Positions 26,911 to 35,491 of a stretch of 64,000 nucleotides of DNA are shown piece after piece (position 1 is the stretch's first letter; each line of letters opens with the position of its first letter). Below the pieces are notes generated by a model, which was given only the letters and a program-made list of their open reading frames with translations, ran no database searches and was not told where the DNA came from. Made by a program: the position numbers and the translations under genes. Source of the DNA: Bacteroidales bacterium (GTDB lineage Bacteria; Bacteroidota; Bacteroidia; Bacteroidales; PWNQ01); NCBI GenBank assembly GCA_003557725.1, contig PWNQ01000165.1, positions 690-64,689 on the forward strand. The letters run 5' to 3'.

Positions 26911-29900
26911 ATGTGTATACCAGTACGATTAAAGAGCCTTTTCGGTTTTTTTGTTTTGGGAATGTTTATGTTCCCCGGCAATGTGGTGACAGGACAATCA
27001 TTTTCCGTTATAGATTCTTCTCATAACACCGTTGAGCTTTCCTTTAGCACTACCCAAACCGGAGTGCTTATTGCTTTCAGCGATGATGAGACTTTTGGTA
27101 GTCCTGCTGATGGAGCAACTTACAGTGCTGACCAGGATTTGGGTGATAACACAACGGTTATTTCTGTCGGGGATGTTAGCCCTTTTACCCATGATAATCT
27201 TTCTCCCGGCACCTATTATTATTACAGGGCCTGGTATTATGATGACAGTTATAATTATACTCTTATTGGTGATGCCAATGCCCGCACATTGAAGTATGAG
27301 CCGTCCTATCATGTAACCAGTTTCAGTGGTTCTCCTAACGGGGACACGGAGCTTTCGCTCACCTGGACCGATGCCGCAGGGTCGGTACTTCCTGATGGCT
27401 ACCTGATTAAGGGGTCAACCGTATCCTATGATGATATTGCAGCTCCGTCAGATGGCACAGAGGAAGCGGACAATGCACTGGTGAAAAACGTGGAATACGG
27501 GGCGGGGAGTGTGGCTTTTTCCGGCCTGGATGCCAATACCACACACTATTTCCGCATCTGGCCATATACCAACCAGGGAACACACATCGATTATAAACTG
27601 CATACCGGAACCCTGCCAAAAACAACCGTGAAAACGGAAAAATCCTCGCAATCGGATATTGTGGAACAGGCTGGGTTTGTCTATATAACCGATATTCCAT
27701 ATGCAAGTCATACCGGATCAGTGTCGAATGGTTCTCCCAGGCTATGGGCAATCACCATTCGTGACGGTGGTGATGGAAATGATGCGGATAATTTATCCAC
27801 CACGCTCACGGATTTAACCTTGAATATCAGTAATTATGCGTTTTTGAATGAGATCGGACTATATGAATCGGACGGAACTACCCCAATTGCAACTGCTTCA
27901 GTGGCTTCATCACAGGTTACTTTTTCCGGTTTGTCCATAGAGGCTCTGGATGATAATTCAGTGGACGTTATTATTCGTGCCACCTTTTCTACCACTGTGG
28001 ACGATAATGAACAAATATCTTTTTCTATTACGGATGGTGACGTTACAGCCGATCCGGCCGGATCCACTTTTGGCACCTTTTCACTATCCAGCAAAACGGA
28101 TGGAGGGAAAAATACCATTAATGTTACGGCCACCAAGCTCCACATCAGCCATGTGGATAATCCCGTGGATGTGAATTCGGACTTTAAATTGACGGTAGAA
28201 GCTGTGGACGGCAATGATAACCTGGATAAAGATGCTGCGGATCAGGTAACTTTGAGTCTGACTACCGGCAGCGGAATCCTAAGTTCTACTACCGGCCTGG
28301 CCCAACCCCTTTCGTTAGGAACTTATCAATGGACGGATTTACAATACGATACCGAAGAAACCTTTGCGATTGAGGCCGCAGCCGCAGGACTTACCAATGC
28401 CTCTACAGGCAACATTAGCGTGAACGCCTCTTCCGATAGCGAAGTGGAAGCCCCCTCAACCCAGATCGGCGTAACAACCATCGCTTCTACCGCCAATGAC
28501 ATTGGCAATGCTGTACAAGTGTTCGCCTTCAAAATCACTGATAAGGGCACCGGCGGTGGTCTTCCCACCAAAGTAACCAATATCCGCCTGAAGCCTGCAA
28601 CCGGCAATAACATCAGTTGGGCAGACCATATTCAAAATGTAGTTGTATATACTACAGATACCGTGACTACCGGAACAGTTAATATAACAGACAATAACAT
28701 TGATATTCCCATTTCATCCGGCAACCTGGATGTTACAGACGGGAGCTCCAAAGAGGTAACCATTTCCGTTTACCTGAACACCACCAATATTATCGATAAC
28801 GGCAGCCTGCAGATGAAAGTAGATAACGATCCCCACGGCTTCACCGCCGATGCTTCCGGAAGTGGTTTTGCAAGTGCATTTACTGCCGAGGTTGTCTCGA
28901 ATACGCATACCATTGACGTTGACGCCACCGAACTGGCATTTATCCAGCAACCCACAGAAGTCTATACCGGCTATGTCATGGACCCGCCTGTTACCGTAGA
29001 AGCTATAGATGCAAACGGAAACCGCGACCTGGATTATAATAACGACATTACACTTACTCCTGATAAATCATCCATTACCGGAACCGCTACTGAAACAGCA
29101 TCCTCCGGCCTGGCCACTTTTGATAATGTAATCTTTGATACAGAAGCTACCGGTGTAACGCTAACCGCAAGCAATGGTAGCCTGGCAGATGCAAGCAGTC
29201 AGCTATTTGACATCATTCTCTCAGAACCCCAAATAGAAATAACTCACGACGGAAGTCCGCTGGACCCTGCTGATGGAACCACAGACCTGGGTTTTGGCGA
29301 TGTGGAATGGGGCGCTAGCTCCACAATAACCCTGACAATAAAAAATACCGGAAAAGCAGACTTAGAGATCACAGGCATTACGGATGACGGTGATTTTACA
29401 GCCTCCGGACTGACTCCTACAGTAACCCTCATCCCCGATGCCAGCACGAACTTTGATATTACATTCAGCCCGACATCCCAGGGACCGATTACAGGAACGA
29501 TTAACGTAGCGAACAATGATACTGACCCTTTTTATATCAACGTCGAAGGACAGGGGATCTATAATTCCCAATCCGACATTATTGCCGATGGTGGCTTTAC
29601 GTATCCAGAAAATATCGAATATGTTGATTATATGGCTTCTAACATTACTGATGCAAACTATAATTCTGATGCCATTCAGGTTGGCCGGTTTACCATCCGC
29701 GACGGCGGAGCCAGTAACGATGCGGACGACCAGTCTACTGTTTTGCAGGATATCACATTTTCCGTTAGCAACCATGCCAACATCAACCGCATTGCCATTG
29801 TGGACGGGAGTACTGTAAAAGCTGAAGCTGCTGCTGCAGCCGATGTCAGCTTTAGCAGTCTGGGGCTGGAGGCACTGGATAACGGAGAGAAAAATTTTGA

Positions 29901-32900
29901 CATTTACGTAAGTTTTGATAACACCGTTACCGATAATGAGCAGGTACAACTAAGCATCACTTCCGTTACAGCCGGTACCGGCTCAGATTTCGCCACAGCC
30001 GATGGCGGTGGAGCTGAAACATCGGTCACCGGAGATGATAACCGTATTAATGTTACGGCCACCAAGCTTACCATCAGCCATGTGGATAATCCCGTGGATG
30101 TGAATACCGACTTTGCGCTGACGGTAGAAGCCCTGGACGGCAATGATAACCTGGATACCGACGCTACGGATGGGGTAACCCTGGATCTGAACACTGGCAG
30201 CGGTACCCTGAGTTCTGGTACCAACCTGACCCAAAACCTTTCATCAGGAACTTATCAATGGACAGACCTGCAATACGATACCGAAGAAACCTTCGCGATT
30301 GAAGCCGTGGCTTCAGGACTTACCAATGCTTCTTCCGGAGACATTAGCGTGAACCCCTCTTCCGACAGCGAAGTGGGAGAGCCCACAACCCAGATCAGCA
30401 CACAGACTATCGCTTCTACCGCCAATGACATCGGCGATGCCGTAGAAGTCTTCGCCTTCGACATCACCGATAATGGCGCCGGCGGTGGCCTCCCCACCAA
30501 AGTAACCAATATCCGCCTGAAACCGGCAACCGGAAATGACATCAGCTGGGCAGACCATATTCAAAATGTGGTTGTATCTACTACCAGCACGGTAACTACC
30601 GGAACTGTAGATATAACAAATAGCTACATTGATATTCCCATTTCATCCGGCAACCTGGATGTTACAGACGGGAGCTCCAAAGAGGTAACCATTTCCGTTT
30701 ACCTGAACACCACCAATATTACCGATAACGGCAGTCTGCAGATGAAAGTGGATGACGATCCCCACGGCTTCACCGCCGATGCTTCCGGAAGTGGTTTTGC
30801 AAGTACATTTACTGCCGAAGTTGTCTCTAATACACACACCATTGACGTCACCGCCACTACCCTGGCCTTTATCCAGCAACCCACAAATGTATATACGAAT
30901 TATACCATGGATCCGTCAGTTACAGTGGCGGCAACAGATGCCAATGGAAATCGCGACCTGGATTACACTACGGATTTAACGATTAAGGTCCACGCAACCG
31001 GTTCTGCGGATGGGGAGGAATTTACAGTTATTCCTGTTGCCGGCCTGGCCACTTTTGATGCTATTAGCTTTAATGACGGAGATGCAGAAAACGATGTACA
31101 CTTCAAAGCCGAAAGCGGAAGTCTTACATCTTCAGTTGATAGTGATAATTTTAATATTATCCTTTCCGTTCCGGAAATTAAAGTTACGCATAACTCCATT
31201 GAAGTAGCTCATGATGGCACAGTGACTTTCAGCGCCATTGAAGCGGGCACAACTACTACAAAGGATATTGTAATTCATAATACAGGCAAAGCCGATTTGG
31301 AGGTTTCGGGGCTGAACGTAACCGGTGGAAGCACCGGAGGGTTTAGTCTTGTAAATCCTCCCACAACATCTTTTACCATTATTCCTGATGGAGATCAAAC
31401 AATTACCGTGGAATTTGCACCCGATGCGGCTGATAGCTTTTTAGAGGCCCTTGAAATAACCCATGATGATGGGGTTGCTACTAGTCCATACCATGTTAAT
31501 TTATCCGGGGACGGGGATCCCAATAATGAATCGGATATTGTGGAACAGGATGGGTTTGTCTACCCAACGGATATTCAGCATGTTGATTATCAGTCTGGGG
31601 ATATTATTACTGATGAACTTGCTACTGATGCCATTGAGGTTGGTCAGTTTATTCTCCGGGATGGTGGCGATGGTGACGATGCAGATGGGCTGTCTACTAT
31701 TTTGGATGAGATTGTTTTCCATGTTTCCAATGATCAATATTTGAGACAGGTGGCACTGGTGGTGGATGGCAGTGTAGTCGTCAGTACAGCAGCAGGGTCA
31801 AGCGTTACATTTACTGGCTCTGGTTTAGTCACTGCCCCGGATAACGGGTCCAAGACATTTTCGCTATATGTAAGTTTTATGGAAAATGTTACGGATAATG
31901 AGCAGTTTCAGTTTACAATCACCGGCGTAACTGCAGGCAGCAACGGCTCGAATTTTGCGGCTTCTGATGGTGGTGGGGCATCCACATCTGTTGACGTGGG
32001 TAAAAATCGTATTGACGTCACCGCCACACAAATGGCCTTTGAGTCTGTTCCTTCTACGGTTACTTTAGGTAGTCCCTTTACCATACAGGTGAAACCTGTA
32101 GACGGCCATGGCAACGTGGACCTGGATGAAGACCGGTCTGTGGACATTAGCCTGGAGTCGGGAACAGGGGCCTTGTATACGGCGGCGGCTTCAAAGGCCT
32201 TTGACAATGGCATAGCCCAATGGGATGACCTGGAGTATAATGTAGCGGAAATGTTTAAGGTGAAGGTGACAGATCCGGCTTCTTCCGGCGCTTTCAGTGA
32301 AATTATTACAGGCGATATTGATGGACAAATGCCTTCCTCACCTGACGCACCATCCGTAACCATTCAGTACATTGCCGATGACCAGATGAGCATTCAGGTA
32401 ACCAAACCCTCAGGTACTTTTGGAACCGACTGGGACGGCTATGTTGTCTTTGCACGGGAAGGCAGCTCCAATGATGCCGTGGTGGATAATACTGACCTGG
32501 ATGATTTCACGGCAGATGCCAATTACGGTGATGGAACACCCAACAACAACAGCTATTGTGTTGCCAAAGTTACCACCGATGCTAATGCGACTATAACAGT
32601 TACTGGTCTTACCCTCGGCAACGACTACTATTTTGTTGCCTATGCTGCTAACCAGATAAATGGTAACGATAACGACCTGTGGTCTGTTGCATCCTCACAA
32701 GTAAGTGATAAGGCAGATGTTCAAGGCGTTTACTGGCAGGGAGCATATCCCGGAAATACGAAAGTTACGGTACAATGGAATAACTATACTGCTACTCCGG
32801 GTGACTGGTGGGATGAGGTTATGGTGGTAGGCCGGGAAGGGGATGTGGTGGATTATAACGCCCCTTCCGGAGACGGCTCAGCTTATACGGCTAACGCTGT

Positions 32901-34149
32901 CTTTAAGTCGGGCGATCAGGTGGGAGAAGGATATGTGGTGTACAGGGGCATTGGAGAAAGTGTTACAGTTTCAGGGCTTGACAACGGCACGGCGTACCAC
33001 TTCCGCATTTTTGTCCGAAGGGGGACTCAATGGACTGATGCTTCTCATTATGAGGATGTTTCAGCCACCCCCACAGGGGGTGAGGGGCAACTGGTCATTA
33101 CCGAAGTGGCCGCCTACCACGAAGATGACACCAAAAATTATATTGAACTATATAATGCGGGGGATGAGGATGTAAACCTGAATGGGTGGGTTTTGGACCA
33201 GGAAGGTGTTAATGTGAATAGTATTACATTAAGCGAGGATAATCAGCATAACACCAGTGCGAACATGCTTTTGAGGCCCGGGGAGTATGCATTGATTGTA
33301 AAAAGCAACTGGGACGGACTGAAGTCGGAGTTTGGCATTGCCGGTGATGTGCCCATGTTTACTGCTTCAGGTGGTAATATCCCCTCACTGGCCGGGGGAG
33401 AGTACTATGTATTTTATCCTCCTGGAGCTAAGTCTACTACAGATGAGTTTGGTTCGGGTGCTACCTTTCAGGCGGAAGACGGTGTGTGCTATGAGCGGAA
33501 CTATATTCCCAACAGTGACGGAACCTTGCTAGAGAGCTGGAATGAGGTATCCAGTACATCTTACACCTATACTCCGGCGTCGGATAATACCAACCCGTTG
33601 CCGGTGGAGTTGGTGGTGTTCCGCCTGGACCGCGACAAGGACGCTGTGAATATTCAGTGGGTGACGGCTTCAGAGGTCAACAACAGCCACTTTGACCTGC
33701 AGCGGTCGGTGGATGGGGTAGCATTCCTTACCGTTACCACAGTGGCCGGGGCCGGAAACAGCAATGAGCTTATAGATTACCACTTCACCGACTATCCCGG
33801 GCATAATGGAGTGGTGTATTACCGTTTAAAGCAGTATGACTATGATGGTACAAGTACGGCGGGACCGGTAAAGGCTGTTGACATGCGCACTGCTGCTCCC
33901 CAAATGACCTTGTCGGCACCCTGGGTGAATCGCCAAAAGGTAAATACCCGTGTGGAGCATGTGGCCACAGGTGAAAAGCTGGTTGTACAGTTGTTCAATA
34001 TGCAGGGACGGCTTGTCACCTCCAGGGAGGTACGTGCACAGGGAACTTCGTTTACTCTTCAGGTGGACATGAACGGCAATCCTCACGGGATTTATATTAT
34101 CCGTGTGGTCAGCCGTGATCACCGGGTCAGCAAGCGGTTCTACTTCTGA
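26911..34149 (+). CDS. giant (2412 aa) repetitive cell-surface protein with lamin-tail domain and T9SS C-terminal sorting domain
   Basis: Signal peptide; three ~640-650-aa super-repeats (starting SDIVEQAGFVY / SDIIADGGFTY / SDIVEQDGFVY) containing Ig-like and choice-of-anchor-D-like (NTGKADLEI) modules; FN3-like region; LTD (LVITEVAAYHEDDTKNYIELYNAGDEDVNLNGWVL); C-terminal VQLFNMQGRLV...GIYIIRVV CTD. Confidence 0.9.
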   Translation: MCIPVRLKSLFGFFVLGMFMFPGNVVTGQSFSVIDSSHNTVELSFSTTQTGVLIAFSDDETFGSPADGATYSADQDLGDNTTVISVGDVSPFTHDNLSPGTYYYYRAWYYDDSYNYTLIGDANARTLKYEPSYHVTSFSGSPNGDTELSLTWTDAAGSVLPDGYLIKGSTVSYDDIAAPSDGTEEADNALVKNVEYGAGSVAFSGLDANTTHYFRIWPYTNQGTHIDYKLHTGTLPKTTVKTEKSSQSDIVEQAGFVYITDIPYASHTGSVSNGSPRLWAITIRDGGDGNDADNLSTTLTDLTLNISNYAFLNEIGLYESDGTTPIATASVASSQVTFSGLSIEALDDNSVDVIIRATFSTTVDDNEQISFSITDGDVTADPAGSTFGTFSLSSKTDGGKNTINVTATKLHISHVDNPVDVNSDFKLTVEAVDGNDNLDKDAADQVTLSLTTGSGILSSTTGLAQPLSLGTYQWTDLQYDTEETFAIEAAAAGLTNASTGNISVNASSDSEVEAPSTQIGVTTIASTANDIGNAVQVFAFKITDKGTGGGLPTKVTNIRLKPATGNNISWADHIQNVVVYTTDTVTTGTVNITDNNIDIPISSGNLDVTDGSSKEVTISVYLNTTNIIDNGSLQMKVDNDPHGFTADASGSGFASAFTAEVVSNTHTIDVDATELAFIQQPTEVYTGYVMDPPVTVEAIDANGNRDLDYNNDITLTPDKSSITGTATETASSGLATFDNVIFDTEATGVTLTASNGSLADASSQLFDIILSEPQIEITHDGSPLDPADGTTDLGFGDVEWGASSTITLTIKNTGKADLEITGITDDGDFTASGLTPTVTLIPDASTNFDITFSPTSQGPITGTINVANNDTDPFYINVEGQGIYNSQSDIIADGGFTYPENIEYVDYMASNITDANYNSDAIQVGRFTIRDGGASNDADDQSTVLQDITFSVSNHANINRIAIVDGSTVKAEAAAAADVSFSSLGLEALDNGEKNFDIYVSFDNTVTDNEQVQLSITSVTAGTGSDFATADGGGAETSVTGDDNRINVTATKLTISHVDNPVDVNTDFALTVEALDGNDNLDTDATDGVTLDLNTGSGTLSSGTNLTQNLSSGTYQWTDLQYDTEETFAIEAVASGLTNASSGDISVNPSSDSEVGEPTTQISTQTIASTANDIGDAVEVFAFDITDNGAGGGLPTKVTNIRLKPATGNDISWADHIQNVVVSTTSTVTTGTVDITNSYIDIPISSGNLDVTDGSSKEVTISVYLNTTNITDNGSLQMKVDDDPHGFTADASGSGFASTFTAEVVSNTHTIDVTATTLAFIQQPTNVYTNYTMDPSVTVAATDANGNRDLDYTTDLTIKVHATGSADGEEFTVIPVAGLATFDAISFNDGDAENDVHFKAESGSLTSSVDSDNFNIILSVPEIKVTHNSIEVAHDGTVTFSAIEAGTTTTKDIVIHNTGKADLEVSGLNVTGGSTGGFSLVNPPTTSFTIIPDGDQTITVEFAPDAADSFLEALEITHDDGVATSPYHVNLSGDGDPNNESDIVEQDGFVYPTDIQHVDYQSGDIITDELATDAIEVGQFILRDGGDGDDADGLSTILDEIVFHVSNDQYLRQVALVVDGSVVVSTAAGSSVTFTGSGLVTAPDNGSKTFSLYVSFMENVTDNEQFQFTITGVTAGSNGSNFAASDGGGASTSVDVGKNRIDVTATQMAFESVPSTVTLGSPFTIQVKPVDGHGNVDLDEDRSVDISLESGTGALYTAAASKAFDNGIAQWDDLEYNVAEMFKVKVTDPASSGAFSEIITGDIDGQMPSSPDAPSVTIQYIADDQMSIQVTKPSGTFGTDWDGYVVFAREGSSNDAVVDNTDLDDFTADANYGDGTPNNNSYCVAKVTTDANATITVTGLTLGNDYYFVAYAANQINGNDNDLWSVASSQVSDKADVQGVYWQGAYPGNTKVTVQWNNYTATPGDWWDEVMVVGREGDVVDYNAPSGDGSAYTANAVFKSGDQVGEGYVVYRGIGESVTVSGLDNGTAYHFRIFVRRGTQWTDASHYEDVSATPTGGEGQLVITEVAAYHEDDTKNYIELYNAGDEDVNLNGWVLDQEGVNVNSITLSEDNQHNTSANMLLRPGEYALIVKSNWDGLKSEFGIAGDVPMFTASGGNIPSLAGGEYYVFYPPGAKSTTDEFGSGATFQAEDGVCYERNYIPNSDGTLLESWNEVSSTSYTYTPASDNTNPLPVELVVFRLDRDKDAVNIQWVTASEVNNSHFDLQRSVDGVAFLTVTTVAGAGNSNELIDYHFTDYPGHNGVVYYRLKQYDYDGTSTAGPVKAVDMRTAAPQMTLSAPWVNRQKVNTRVEHVATGEKLVVQLFNMQGRLVTSREVRAQGTSFTLQVDMNGNPHGIYIIRVVSRDHRVSKRFYF

Positions 34150-34212
34150 TAGCCGAAAGCCACAATAGTAATTATGTGAGCCTTTTGGTCTTTTTACGCC
34201 TGAGGGCCTGAG

Positions 34213-34258
34213 CAAAAAAAGAGCTGCCTGGAAAAATCATTCCGGGCAGCTCTTTTTA
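34213..34258. terminator. bidirectional rho-independent terminator
   Basis: aaaaaaagagctgcc-loop-ggcagctcttttt between convergent genes. Confidence 0.65.
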
Positions 34259-34318
34259 TATGCCTTATTTTTCCGGCGGTCACAGAAAAAAGTATCCGAT
34301 TTATAAATTGACCTCCTC

Positions 34319-35161
34319 TTATTTGGCAGTTGCAGAGTTTATCATCTTTCCCTCACTTTTGGATAGCAACAGGGCCAGGGAAAACCGGTTGTCCGGGGTT
34401 CCGTTGTCGAGGAAGTAGTTGACCAGGTCATCGGGGGAGGTGAGGTTGCGTCCAAAGCTCCGGGAAACGACATTGATGTGAATGCCACCCCGGGCCAGGG
34501 CATTCATCAGCAGTTGTGAGCAATAAATCCGGCTGGTATCATCGGTGCGGAAGTCAAAATCATAGGGGTTCCCCAGCTGGCTGAAGGCATATTGGAAGAA
34601 CCGTTCCCGCTTTTCTGTATCCAGCTTTACTTCAAAGGCAATCAGTCCACTAAGGACAGATACCCGGTCCAGGCAGGAAAGCCCCCGGATATCCCGGATC
34701 TCCACACCGCCTCCATGGCTGTCGAGGATAAGGTATTTATGACCGGGCTTTTTATAGTACTTGCGAAGAAACCGTGCGGTTTGGCTGTGGGCACCAAAGA
34801 ACTGGTCTACCTGCCGGCGGCTGCCCAGGTAGATCACCGAGTGCTTCCAGGTGCCCGGAATAAACTCGCTGCTCACGTAACGGCGGCTGTTGGTGAAAAA
34901 TAAATGACCCGGCTGCAACTTTTTTAAATATGGCTCCAGCTCGGTAAAAGAAATATCCCCGGGACCTTCCACCTCCTTGCCGTCCCTGTAATAGGCCTCG
35001 CCAACTTTTATATCTCCCACCCTCTCCACCACCGGCCCCTGGATGACCAGACGGAAATCATCCACCACCTTTACCGTACCCGGAGAAATGTATGAAAACC
35101 CCAGCAACAAAAGGGCCAGGAACAGAACAGCCGAAATAAATAGTGCCGTTTTCTTTACCAT
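34319..35161 (-). CDS. YiiX-like permuted papain-fold (NlpC/P60 superfamily) hydrolase
   Basis: The ATG at 35159-35161 gives MVKKTALFISAVLF (the track start is TTG). GTWKHSVIYLG ... NPYDFDFRTDDTSRIYCSQLL matches the His-then-Cys permuted order. Confidence 0.55.
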   Translation of the reverse strand: MVKKTALFISAVLFLALLLLGFSYISPGTVKVVDDFRLVIQGPVVERVGDIKVGEAYYRDGKEVEGPGDISFTELEPYLKKLQPGHLFFTNSRRYVSSEFIPGTWKHSVIYLGSRRQVDQFFGAHSQTARFLRKYYKKPGHKYLILDSHGGGVEIRDIRGLSCLDRVSVLSGLIAFEVKLDTEKRERFFQYAFSQLGNPYDFDFRTDDTSRIYCSQLLMNALARGGIHINVVSRSFGRNLTSPDDLVNYFLDNGTPDNRFSLALLLSKSEGKMINSATAK

Positions 35162-35221
35162 AGCAAGTGCATTCAAGTCTTATTAGTTGGTGGTGACAAA
35201 AGTAATCATTTTATACACTCT

Positions 35222-35293
35222 TGATTCCGGTCGAAAAACACAAATTTTTTATGTCCGCTGAAAATCAAAAGTAACCTTTTTAGAATGGACTCA
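35222..35293 (-). mobile_element. family-1 MITE-like element, short form, reverse orientation, slightly degenerate
   Basis: tgattccggtcgaaaaa...catccgctgaaaatcaaaagtaacc...tttttagaatggactca; flanks ctct/ctat. Confidence 0.75.
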
Positions 35294-35411
35294 CTATTGT
35301 GATAGGGTGCCTTTTTTCATTACTGGCACCGGGAAAGGGGAAAAGCACACTGTATTTTTGGAAAATTGTTAGCTAAGCGACTATAGGTTGAATGCTTACA
35401 GGGAAATCTTA

Positions 35412-35445
35412 TAAAAAAAGCCGGCGGGACGCCGGCTTTTTTTAT
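35412..35445. terminator. bidirectional rho-independent terminator
   Basis: aaaaaaagccggcg-gga-cgccggcttttttt. Confidence 0.65.
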
Positions 35446-35491
35446 AAAAATATTCAGGGAACGGTATTTCCATATAGCTTTCACCTAAAGG

